A stretch of 64,000 nucleotides of DNA. Source: Rebecca billardiae RCC1528 (Eukaryota; Protista; Haptophyta). The DNA lies in assembly GCA_965240325.2 (NCBI GenBank), contig OZ251234.1, forward strand, positions 1,116,001 to 1,180,000, read 5' to 3'. A program made the position numbers and the translations under genes. Of the stretch, positions 1-9,838 are shown one piece after another (the first letter of the stretch is position 1; the number at the start of each line of letters is the position of its first letter). The notes under the pieces were generated by a model. That model did no database searches. It worked only from the letters and a program-made list of their open reading frames with translations, and was not told where the DNA came from.

Positions 1-293
1 GGGCGTCCGAGGCGACTCATCCGTCAGGCGGACTCTGATCGACATTCTCATGATGCTGCTGCGACGACTACAGTAGTTTTACTATATACGATCATCTCTC
101 ATCTCCCGATCTGCTCAAAGAGATTCTCTCGCGGCGATCTCTCTTACTCTCGATCTCACCAGGCTGACCAGCAGCAGCCAATAAGAAATATGATGGCGAT
201 GCATATATCATCGCATGCTGACGATGTATGCCAATAATATGCGCTAAGCGCCTCAGACGCGAGTGTTCGTCCAGCCGCGCAGGGCTCGGTCAG

Positions 294-2957
294 TCAGTCG
301 GTGCTGTGCCGGCGCACACGCAGCAGCGGATGCAACCACGCCTCCGTGCTCGCAGTGCACCCGCCGCTGCTGCGAGTGCTGACGCCGGCGTCGGCATCTG
401 CTTTGGCGGACGTGGACGCGGGCATCAATGACCACAACCACGCCGCTGTGCTCGCGTTGCACGACGAGGAATGGGAACTGCGTGCGCCCGATAGCTCGCT
501 ACCCGCGTCGCTGCCACTGCGGCTGCCGACATCGGCGGCGGGTGGCGCGCCACACGCGTCGCAATTCTGGCTGGGTCGGCGCGGGCTGGCCGGGCCCAGC
601 GCGAACCGCTCCAGCATGTCGCCGATCGCGCTGACGCCTGCCCTGTCCTTGTCGTGGCACGCGTTCAGGCCGGCCGCCTCGAACGCGTTGCGCTCCGGGC
701 AGCCTATCGGGTCGCCAGTCATGCCCACAATCACGCCGGTGAAGCCGCGATCGCGCAGCGCGCGCGCCGCCTCCTCGCCCGTCATTCTCGGCATCTGGTT
801 GTCGAGCAGCACGACGGAGTATGCGCGGCCCTCCTCGGCGATCATGCGCACCGCCGCCGCGCCGTCCTCCGCCACGTCGAACGGCACGCCGAGCGGGCGG
901 AACACGCGCAGCAGCATCGTGCGCCGCAGCATGGCGTCGTCCTCGACGTGAAGCACGCGGAAGTCAGCCGGCCAGGCGAGCGGCGAGGGCGTGCGCTTGC
1001 GCCGCGGCGGCGAGGGCTCGGCGGAGGCGGGGTCTGCCGCACACGGCTGCTCCGCGACGGGCGGCGGCACGCTGCCCTCGGGCGCGCGCGCCAGCGCGAG
1101 ATGCAGCCTGAACGCGGTGCCGCGCCCGGGCCCGTCCGAGCAGATCTCGAGCCTCGAGCCCTGGCCGTGCAGCTCGACCAGCTGCCGCACGATGCTCAGG
1201 CCGAGCCCGGTGCCGCCGCTGCCCTGCAGCTGGCCGCGGCCGACCTGCGTGAACGCCTCGCCGCTGTTGATGTCGCGGAGCTCGGCCTGCGAGAGTCCGC
1301 AGCCCGAGTCTGTCACCTCGACCACGAGCGCGTCCACGAGCGCGACCGTGGGCGTGACCGCGCCCGGCGGTCCCGCCGGGCCGTCGCCGGTCGCTGCGTG
1401 TGTCACGTCGGCGCGCAGCGTCACGCTGCCGCCCAGCTCGGTGAACTTGATCGCGTTGGAGATGCCGTTGTTAAGGCACTGCTGCAGCCGACGCGCGTCG
1501 CCGGTGTACGCCGTGTGCACGAGCGAGTCCGGCAGCGGCCGCGCGCGCAGCCGCACGCCCTTGGCCTTGGCCAGCCCGCCGAACGACGCGAGCGCCGCGT
1601 CGAGCAGCTGGCCGAAAAAGAAGGGCGCGGGCACGAGGACCAACCGGCCCGACTCGATGCGCTCGAAGTCGAGCATGTCCGAGACGATGTTCTGCATGAG
1701 CTCGGAGCACGTCGTGAGCGAGCGGAGGCTCCCAACGACCTCGGGCTCGGAGAGGCAGGTGGACGGCGGCGCCTCGGCGAGCACAGCGGCGAGGTTGGCC
1801 ACGGAGAGCAGCGGGCTGCGCAGGTCGTGCATCACCATCCGAATCAGCCGGCTCCGCGCCGCCTTGGCCGCCTCGCGCTCCGCCTCGTCGCGGACGCGCA
1901 GCTGCCGCTCGTACGCGCCGTGCTCGACGGAGCGGTAGAAGTGGTACGCGCCGCGGTGCACGCGCGAGATCTGCGCGTTCGTCACGATCAGCACGACGAC
2001 GAGCGCGAGGAACGACATGTTGGCCGTCAGCGCGCGCGCGAGCGTGACCAGCCCCTCGTGCTCCGTCCCGCCGCCGCGCTGCTGGTACGTGGCGACGTGC
2101 TGAGCAGCGGCGCCGGCCACGGCGGTGAGCGAGGGCGCCAGGGCCATCGTCGCGTACAGCACCGGGCGAATCGGGGCGAACACCGCCACGAGCGAGAGCA
2201 TCACCGCGCCCTGCAGCAGCAGGACTGGCTGGTACATGAGCACCGCACCCGTCGCCGTCGGCACGTCGAAGAGGGGGACGCCAGCGCCGCCGCCGAAGGC
2301 GATAACGCTCGCGGTCGCGGTGGCGGAGTAGGATACAACCAGCGCCGTCTCCGTCCACGAGAGCGGGAGGTCGTATCGATCCGCCGCCGCAGCACACGCG
2401 GCGGTCGCGAGCTGGACAGCGCACAGCGAGCCGCAGAAGCGCGCGAAGAGGCGGTTGGAGCCGGAGGAGAGGAACGCGTCGTCGACGACCCAACCGAGGA
2501 AGATAGCGGTGGCCAGGAGGCTCAGCTTGATCGCGCGACACTCGAGCACGCCCTTGACCTCGTCCTGGCGGTAGTCCGCTTCGAGCTGGCGGTCCGCAAA
2601 CTCAAAGTCCCACCGGTAGCGTGGGGGCGCGAGATCGAGCGACTCGTGCGCCAGGGCGTACACGGACTTGCGGCGGGGGTCGAAGGGCGGCTCGCGCATG
2701 GTCACGTCCGCGTCCGAGCTGAGGAGCTCAATCTCCGACCCGTCGACGCTGAAAGATGCGGACGAGGCCGACGGCGACATGAGGCTTGACGAGGCGTCGA
2801 GCGACTCCGCGGAGGGCGGCGGCTCAAGGAGCAGCGGGGCGGTGGCCGAGCGGGGAGCGCCGAGTGAAGAGCCCGTGCCTTCGGACTTCAGGATCTGGGA
2901 GCGCCGCCGGAAGCGGGGACGGAGGGCGGGTGAGCTCTTGGTGGGGCTGGAGAACAT
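294..2957 (-). CDS. Membrane-bound hybrid histidine kinase (~6 TM sensor, HisKA, HATPase_c, receiver)
   Basis: H-box MVMHDLRSPL, N-box CLNNGISNAIKFT, G1 DSGCG, G2 GTGLGL, receiver VEDD...LLDNQMP...MTG; hydrophobic segments upstream. First ATG at 2957 (the ORF track starts at an upstream GTG). No intron needed. Confidence 0.93.
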   Translation of the reverse strand: MFSSPTKSSPALRPRFRRRSQILKSEGTGSSLGAPRSATAPLLLEPPPSAESLDASSSLMSPSASSASFSVDGSEIELLSSDADVTMREPPFDPRRKSVYALAHESLDLAPPRYRWDFEFADRQLEADYRQDEVKGVLECRAIKLSLLATAIFLGWVVDDAFLSSGSNRLFARFCGSLCAVQLATAACAAAADRYDLPLSWTETALVVSYSATATASVIAFGGGAGVPLFDVPTATGAVLMYQPVLLLQGAVMLSLVAVFAPIRPVLYATMALAPSLTAVAGAAAQHVATYQQRGGGTEHEGLVTLARALTANMSFLALVVVLIVTNAQISRVHRGAYHFYRSVEHGAYERQLRVRDEAEREAAKAARSRLIRMVMHDLRSPLLSVANLAAVLAEAPPSTCLSEPEVVGSLRSLTTCSELMQNIVSDMLDFERIESGRLVLVPAPFFFGQLLDAALASFGGLAKAKGVRLRARPLPDSLVHTAYTGDARRLQQCLNNGISNAIKFTELGGSVTLRADVTHAATGDGPAGPPGAVTPTVALVDALVVEVTDSGCGLSQAELRDINSGEAFTQVGRGQLQGSGGTGLGLSIVRQLVELHGQGSRLEICSDGPGRGTAFRLHLALARAPEGSVPPPVAEQPCAADPASAEPSPPRRKRTPSPLAWPADFRVLHVEDDAMLRRTMLLRVFRPLGVPFDVAEDGAAAVRMIAEEGRAYSVVLLDNQMPRMTGEEAARALRDRGFTGVIVGMTGDPIGCPERNAFEAAGLNACHDKDRAGVSAIGDMLERFALGPASPRRPSQNCDACGAPPAADVGSRSGSDAGSELSGARSSHSSSCNASTAAWLWSLMPASTSAKADADAGVSTRSSGGCTASTEAWLHPLLRVRRHSTD

Positions 2958-4310
2958 CGTCGAGCGGGCGCCGGGGAGCGAGCACGGAAGAGGCACGCCA
3001 GGCCGGCTTCCCGCCTCACACGCGTGCACATCAGCTTCGATTCGCGGTTGAGGAATGATGATATCACAAGGACTGTCCTCGGCTGACCCTGATCCAGGTT
3101 TTGTGCAGATTGAACCAAACCGACCGAGGGCGGCAGAAAGTCTCAGACCACTTGATTCCTTTGCTCACACAAGTACTCATCAGGGGTGCCCGCGCGCCCG
3201 CCTCGGTCAAGTACTCAAGTAGCCCGCATCTTGGCCCGCGCCGCGTGAGCCACGGGCGTCAGAGTACCGCCCTTGGTCAGACTCTGTGAGGACTCTGTGC
3301 GCCAATGGCGGCAAGCACGCCGCGCAGCTGGCGGTCGAGCCAGCCGCCGGCCTGAGCAGAGTCGAGCCTCGTTGCTTCGTCGTCCAGCACTGCGGCCGCC
3401 GCTGCTAGTGCCGCGACTGGCCTGACGATGTCGTCGATGGGTGTGAGGTCTGTCATGTCCACGTGGATGGCGTGACCGGCGCATGGCTTCGCTCGTCGAC
3501 GTGACCGGCCCTGCCCGAGGGGCTGTCGGTCGGCCGGTTGAGCCTCTGCGACTGCCTTTTGCGTGACGCAGCGAAGCTCACCGCTGCCGATAGCCTCCGA
3601 CGTGGGGTGTACCTCTCCCTCCTCCTGCCAGGTGGCCAGCGTCCGTCTGACGTACTAGTACTGTGCGACTAGCACTGTGCCGGACCGCTCTGACCCGATG
3701 ATGCATGCAGGGCCTGGTGCTTCTCCACGGGGAGCCCCCGCTGGTGGCATCCAGCGGTGCAAGGGAGGTGGTGGCACGCCTCCTAGTGCTCCCCCGCCTC
3801 CCGCCCCGCGCGCAGCGCGCAAGTCGGCTCCGCCGGTGTGCCCGCTCGCCGCCGGAGGGCAGGCTGCTGCTGACGGGGAGCAGCAGCACTCTCCGAAGCG
3901 GAAGAGGAGCCTCGGCGCGGGAAGCGCGGGTCTCGGTGTGACGCGTAGGGCCGGCGGCTTCGGTCCGCCCCATCGAGCCGCCGCTCCTCGTCGCGGCGCG
4001 CCGTCAGTCAGTAGTAAAAGACGCCATCACTATTTATTACGAGCGCAAGGGCGCCTTCTTGGCCACAGCACCTGCGCCTCGGCCCCCGTTGCTGCCCCCC
4101 ACACGGACCGAGACTCGCCCATGGGCGACGACTCGGACGACGAGGAGGCGCAGCAGTCGAGGGCGAAGCGTTCCCTGCCACCCGTGGGCAGCAGCACCAG
4201 CCGCCGCCCGGCAGCTAGCCAGCTAAGAATACGTATTACGTGTACCGACACCGGATGTCTCTGAATTGACTGTTTAGTCTGTTATTCGTGGAGAAATTCA
4301 TCCGACAATG

Positions 4311-4311
4311 C

Positions 4312-4342
<31 letters not shown>

Positions 4343-4344
4343 TA
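4311..4344. repeat. (TA)n microsatellite
   Basis: Directly visible dinucleotide run. Confidence 0.95.
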
Positions 4345-5220
4345 TGTGGCGTTATAGGGAACCTATAACTGAGTGTCTATGAGCGACGCCAAGAATCCGG
4401 CTAGCATGGCATTCCTGCGTTGCGGTCCCGCGCGCACCGCCGCGCGCAGGACTGTCCTGGTGCGCTGCCAATCCGGCACACAGCGGCGCACCCGCAGGAC
4501 TCGGTTGATTTCCGCCCATCGTGGCCATCAGGTCTCGCTCTTCGGGCGACATCGGGCTGCCCACGACGAAGGCGCCGAGCTGGGCAGGGGGATCGCCTGC
4601 ATCACGGGCACTGCCGGGTGCACTCTCCGCTGCAGGAGGTGCACCGCAGTCGCCGCAGCCCCTCTGCTCGGTAAGGTCGCTGGCTGTCTGTGTGGCCCGG
4701 CTCCCCGCCTGATCGTCGGCGGCACGACGACGTCATCTGTCCTCGCCGCGTCGCCCCTCATGCAATGGCCTCTTGCTCTCGCCGCTGTCGCGTCAACCCG
4801 CCGACGCTTCATCGTTTGAGATACGCGCTCGCCTCGCGCCCGTGCGTCGCGCGGGTGCGGCGCACTCTGACGCGTGTCTGCTCGCCGCGCGTCGCGATCG
4901 ATCGTGCGCGCGCGGCCGCGCGCAGTCATCTCTTCTATTTCTTAACGGGATTCATCAACGACTACTTGGACGCCCGCTCTAACTTATAAACGGGACTCGC
5001 GGGCGCCCTCTCGACCTCGGGCAGCAGCTCAACCGCCACGCCGCTGCCAGCGCCCGCTGTCGTTCGTTGCTCAAATCCCAACATAGCTAACCTGATCGTT
5101 CCATGATCATCGGCGTGGTCGTCTACTCCACAACGCCGCGCGCCGCGACCATCCAGCTCCAGAGTCCAGTCGTACCCGACGCCTTGTACGAGCCGGGCAT
5201 GGGCCATGGCGGAGTGGCTA

Positions 5221-5223
<3 letters not shown>

Positions 5224-5313
<90 letters not shown>

Positions 5314-5365
5314 CGTGTGTGTGTGTGTATATATAATGTGTGTGTGTGTGTGTGTCGTGTGTGTA
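5224..5365. repeat. Compound (TA)n(GT)n microsatellite
   Basis: Directly visible; a second (GT)n run lies at ~5502-5566. Confidence 0.95.
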
Positions 5366-5371
5366 TTTACT

Positions 5372-5500
5372 ACGACGTGGCAGCATTACGGGCAAGCGTC
5401 AGGCTCAGAGTGCAGCAGACACATACCGAGAATCGGCGAATCCGCGCCTTCCGCGTCCAGGTCAGACAGTGCGCCACCCGCAGCCCTGCCCCCCTACGGG

Positions 5501-5501
<1 letters not shown>
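5372..5501. repeat. Truncated copy (~130 bp) of microsatellite-associated dispersed repeat
   Basis: ACGACGTGGCAGCA...CCCCCCTACGGGA matches the start of the copies at 5574 and 36806; flanked on both sides by (GT)n. Confidence 0.85.
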
Positions 5502-5568
<67 letters not shown>

Positions 5569-5573
5569 TTACT

Positions 5574-6067
5574 ACGACGTGGCAGCAACGGGCAAGTGTC
5601 AGGCTCAGAGTGCAGCAGACACATACAGAATGCGTCCGCGCCTTCCGCGTCCAGGTCAGACAGTGCGCCACCCGCAGCCCTGCCCCCCTACGGGAGCGGG
5701 GCCGGGATGGAGCACCGCCTCGGCGTGGGGCACGCGGCGGCGACGGCAGATGCCGCCGCGGCCGAGCGCCTTCCGGAGCACTTGGATGAGAGTGAGGTCG
5801 TAGTCGATGTCGCCGCCCGCCGACCTAGCGGCAAGCAGCTCCGGCAAGCGGCAGCCGCGGCTGTCGCCCCCGTGCGCCCGCGTGGGCGCCTGGATGAGGA
5901 TGAGGTCGTAGTTCACGTCGCCGCGCGCCGGCCAAGCGGCGCGCAGCTGCAGAAGAGGGGCTTGGAGAGAGAGCGCGCCGCCTAGCGCGCTCTGGGCGAT
6001 GAAGCAGATGAGGTTGTAGTCGATGTCGCAGCCCGGCCCGCCGGCGGGCTGCTGCAGATGCAGTGCT
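5574..6067. mobile_element. ~500-bp dispersed repeat (SINE-like or LINE 3' end) abutting a (GT)n tract
   Basis: Near-identical to 36806-37302 over its full length, with shared endpoints; both directly follow a dinucleotide microsatellite. Confidence 0.7.
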
Positions 6068-6314
6068 TGATGCTGGGGAACCTGGCCCCTGGGCGCGTCA
6101 CACCCCGCACCCCCTGCCCCACCTAGGGTGGAGCGAGGGGCACGGAGAAGGCCAGCTCCAAGGGCCAGATGGGTGCAGCGGCGTCCACCTGCTGCATCGC
6201 GCTTCGAAATGATGATGGCTCGCTCGGAATGCATCGATCGGCGGTGACGGACTGACGGCCCGCGCTTTCAGGGTGGCAGCTGCAACACTTGCACCCGGTG
6301 GCTCCTCCCGGTCG

Positions 6315-7865
6315 ATGACGTCGCGACGACGGAAGGGCGCCCGCGCGCTTGGCGGGGGCGGAGTGCACGGCGACTCGGAGAGCTCGGCGGCTACCTCCGC
6401 GACGATCGCACGGCTGCGGCTGTGCGACCTGCCAGCCGAGGTGATCGAGCACATCGCTCGTTTCCTGCCTCTGCGCGACCTCGCCGGGGCCAATGCGGCC
6501 TCGCGCCTCTTTCGCGGCGCGCCGGGCTGCCGCTCCCCCGTCGAGAACGTGCTGCGCCAGCGCGCGCGCGAGCACGGGTACGCCAACGCGCTCCCGTCGT
6601 CGCTGCCCTCGTCCTCGCTCAGCTGGATCGAGGAGCTTTTCGCGCTGCATCGGCTGCATGCGCTCGCTGCTTTGCACGCGCGCATCGTAGTGTGTGGGGC
6701 TGGGGATGAGCTGTCGTTCAGCGCGCTTGTCGATGCGGACGGTGGCCTGCAGACGTGCGGCGAAGAGGAAGTGCGCAACGACGCCGGTGACCTCCTCGAC
6801 GAATACTGCCCGGCGGCCGCCATTGCCCATCCCACGCTGTCTCAGGTCCTCACACCAACGCGCGTGCCCTCACTGTCGGCCGTGCGCGTGCGCGCTGCGG
6901 CCGCGGGCAACCGCCACCTGCTCGCGCTCAGCGACACTGGCGTCGTGTACGCATGCGGAGCGAGTTGCTCCGGCCAGCTGGGGCTCGGCGACAAGGAGCT
7001 GCGCGCCTCATTCCGCCCTGTGCCGCTGCTGGCTCGCGAGTTCATCGCCTGCATCGCGGCCGGCAGCGCGCACAGCGTGGCGCTCACCGCGGAGGGGGTC
7101 GCGTACAGCTGGGGGGCCAACCGCTTCTCGCAGCTCGGCCACGGGGATGAGCTCGAGCGGCTGGAGCCCCGGCGCATCGAGGCACTGCACGGGGTGCGCG
7201 TCGGTGGCGCGGCCGCGGGGACGTGCCACACGCTGCTGCTCGCGCTGGAGGGGTCCGTGTACACGTGCGGCTCCGGCTCGGACGGCGCACTCGGCCACGG
7301 GCGCCGGGTTGCAGAGCGCACGCCGAGGCGCGTCGAGGGGCTGGCGAGCGCGCGCGCCGTGCATGTCAGCGCAGCTCGACGGCACAGTCTTGTGGTGGAC
7401 GCCGCGGGTCGCGCGTACTCATTCGGGAGCGGCATCTCCGGCTGCCTCGGCCACGGCGACAAGTGCGACCAGCTCGCGCCCAAGCGCATCGATGCGCTCG
7501 CTGGTGTGCGCGTCGTGCGCGCGTGCCTGTCTGAGGGCGCCAGTGCGGTCGTAGACGCAGGTGGGGTCGTGCATGCCTTCGGCAACAACGCGCGCAGCCT
7601 GCTGGGACACACGCCCCCGATGACGCCGGGCTGCGCACTGCCCCAGCCCATGGACGCTCTCAGGCGCGAGCGCGTGGTGGATTGCTCGCTCACGTGGAGC
7701 CATGCGCTGTTTGTGACGGCCGGCGGCAGCGTGCTCTCGTGCGGCATGCCGTCGGGCGCGCTGGGCCATGGCGTCAGCTTTGCCACAGCGACGGCGGACC
7801 TCGACACGCCCGTGCGCATTATCGCAGTGCAGATGCCGCACGATAACGGGTGCCGGGCCTCATAG
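6315..7865 (+). CDS. F-box + RCC1-repeat (beta-propeller) protein
   Basis: F-box LCDLPAEVIEHIARFLPLRDLAGANAASRLFR; multiple RCC1 repeats (AAGNRHLLAL, GQLGLGD, AAGSAHSVAL, YSWGANRFSQLGHGD, GALGHG). First ATG 6315. Confidence 0.9.
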   Translation: MTSRRRKGARALGGGGVHGDSESSAATSATIARLRLCDLPAEVIEHIARFLPLRDLAGANAASRLFRGAPGCRSPVENVLRQRAREHGYANALPSSLPSSSLSWIEELFALHRLHALAALHARIVVCGAGDELSFSALVDADGGLQTCGEEEVRNDAGDLLDEYCPAAAIAHPTLSQVLTPTRVPSLSAVRVRAAAAGNRHLLALSDTGVVYACGASCSGQLGLGDKELRASFRPVPLLAREFIACIAAGSAHSVALTAEGVAYSWGANRFSQLGHGDELERLEPRRIEALHGVRVGGAAAGTCHTLLLALEGSVYTCGSGSDGALGHGRRVAERTPRRVEGLASARAVHVSAARRHSLVVDAAGRAYSFGSGISGCLGHGDKCDQLAPKRIDALAGVRVVRACLSEGASAVVDAGGVVHAFGNNARSLLGHTPPMTPGCALPQPMDALRRERVVDCSLTWSHALFVTAGGSVLSCGMPSGALGHGVSFATATADLDTPVRIIAVQMPHDNGCRAS

Positions 7866-8301
7866 GGCTCAGTCTCTGTCCCGCGTCCGCAGGCCTCTGC
7901 CTCCGGCTCCGCCTGGTCAGGCTCGGAATGATGATCATATATATGACATCTGATCGCCGAGCTGTCGATCGTCAGTCTGTCTAGATATACTAGTACTGTA
8001 TTATAAGTCGTAATGATTGTCGCTGTCCGGACGGCATCCTATATCAGTTAATGGCGCGGTTATTATATTATTATTATTATATTCGTCGCGCGTCGTCAAA
8101 TTATTAAATCATCGATCAGCAGCCGTGAGCAGAGTCAGTGATCGATGCTGACTGATGATGATCGACGAGTATATGCTGCGTGCCATATATCATCAATCCT
8201 CATCACCAGCAGCAGTCAGTAAGACAGGATTCTAAGTCGGACAGAGAAGGCGGCGGGTCTGGCGGCCCGGCCTGCGTCGCCGCGGCAGGACCGCAGAGGC
8301 G

Positions 8302-9627
8302 CTACTGACATTGCCGCTCGGCAACGGCGAGCGCGAACGCGGACAGGACCAAGTCCATCATGCCCGACCAGTTGCAGTAGTGCGTGCAGTCGGTTCTGGG
8401 GCGTGTGCTGGGCACCGGCAGGCCCCTTGCCAGCAGCGGGGCCATGCCCACGTGCAGGAGGGGAACCTTTGCGCTTGCCTCCCACAAATGGAGCACGGTG
8501 AGGCTCGCATGCATCGCGCGTGGCGGTCGCACGGCGTCCGGCCCATCCTCGCTGCCAGGCCGCGAAGGGCTCGCCGCAAAGTCCACAGCAGACCCGTTCC
8601 GGCCATCCAGGTCGTGCGCGAGCTCCGTGAGGATCGGTGGTTTGTGTGGTGGCGGCGTGGTCATGCACCCACCCGTCCTCGACTGATTGAACACGCCATC
8701 GCCACTGGGCGTGCTGAAGTGCTGCGCGAGCATCTCGCGCCACACGATGTGCGGCGCGTTCGGAGAGGCCGCGACCTTCAGCATCGAGCTCGCCAGGGCC
8801 TGATGGTACGTGTCCCATGCGGGGCCGGCGCGGCCCATCTGCCAGGCTCCGGAGTTGCACAGCACGACGTCATCGCTCTGCATCTGGCCCTCGCGTACGA
8901 GTATGTGCAGCACGACGGGGACGCTGAGGCCCGTCTTCATGCCAGCGGGTACGTAGCAAAGCCGCTGCTCAGCCCCGGCCCGGGGTCCGCCCGCGCCAGC
9001 GTCCAGCTGCACCCTCGCGCAGACGGGCCTGCGGCCTCGATGGATGTCGCGCGGCGTGAGCTGGAGCAGATCGGTCCAGGGCAGCTGCTCGTCCCAGGGC
9101 CCGACAGAGAGACCGTCTGCGGCAAGGAGCCTGCAATAGAGGACGAATGCCGTCTGCATGGTGGTGGAGTCGCCAACGAGCCACACGGTGCGCGCGTGCG
9201 TGCGCTTCTGGCTCGGAACGGCCGGCGGCTCACATGCCGGAGCAAAGAGGTGACGGGCGGCAACGACTGGGTCGTTGAAGCGGCTGTGGGCGCAGGGTGG
9301 CGCGGGGACCCAGACGTACTCCGGAACAGGGCGTCCCGATTGGGAGGCGGTGAAGTTGCATGAGTAGCGCGCGCCGGCCTTCATCGTCGTGGGCGCGCTC
9401 GGTCTCGCACTCTCTGCATTCACGTCCGTGTGGCACTTGCGCACTGGTGCGCGTGCTGCCTGTGGCGAGCTTTCGAGCCATCGGCCCGTGTCACGCAAGA
9501 ATGCGCTGAGGTCGCAGTCAGCCTCGCGAGCCTGCACGTCGCCACGCGCTGTGCCGCTGAGTGCGCACACCAACGCTACTACTGCCGTGGTGGCCTGCCA
9601 CCCCGCCCAGCGCTCGCCTGCCGGCAT
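8302..9627 (-). CDS. Secreted/Golgi SGNH-fold acyl-esterase or O-acetyltransferase (PC-esterase/TBL-like)
   Basis: N-terminal hydrophobic signal; WLVGDSTT (GDS), WREMLAQHF, C-terminal DCTHYC (DxxH). Confidence 0.8.
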   Translation of the reverse strand: MPAGERWAGWQATTAVVALVCALSGTARGDVQAREADCDLSAFLRDTGRWLESSPQAARAPVRKCHTDVNAESARPSAPTTMKAGARYSCNFTASQSGRPVPEYVWVPAPPCAHSRFNDPVVAARHLFAPACEPPAVPSQKRTHARTVWLVGDSTTMQTAFVLYCRLLAADGLSVGPWDEQLPWTDLLQLTPRDIHRGRRPVCARVQLDAGAGGPRAGAEQRLCYVPAGMKTGLSVPVVLHILVREGQMQSDDVVLCNSGAWQMGRAGPAWDTYHQALASSMLKVAASPNAPHIVWREMLAQHFSTPSGDGVFNQSRTGGCMTTPPPHKPPILTELAHDLDGRNGSAVDFAASPSRPGSEDGPDAVRPPRAMHASLTVLHLWEASAKVPLLHVGMAPLLARGLPVPSTRPRTDCTHYCNWSGMMDLVLSAFALAVAERQCQ

Positions 9628-9838
9628 GCGATTACGGCCCGCCTTGATGCGATGAATCTGTAAATCTCAAATCCGGGGCCGACCAAGGGACCAGGCGGAG
9701 AAGAGCTCGCCCTGCGCAGGCACCCCGCGCGCTCGAGAGCTCGGAGCCGCTCGCCAAGCAGCGGAAAGCTGCCGAGCCGGGCGGCTTGCAGCAGTCCTGC
9801 CCGCAGCGGTGGCGTGGTCGGCAAGCTGCGCAGGGCCC

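Noticed and set aside
5103-5985. Cys/Val- and Tyr/Ile-repeat ORFs (also 36392-37129)
   Set aside because: Translations of microsatellites.
6315-7865. UVR8 UV-B photoreceptor
   Set aside because: No GWRHT tryptophan motifs, and it has an F-box.
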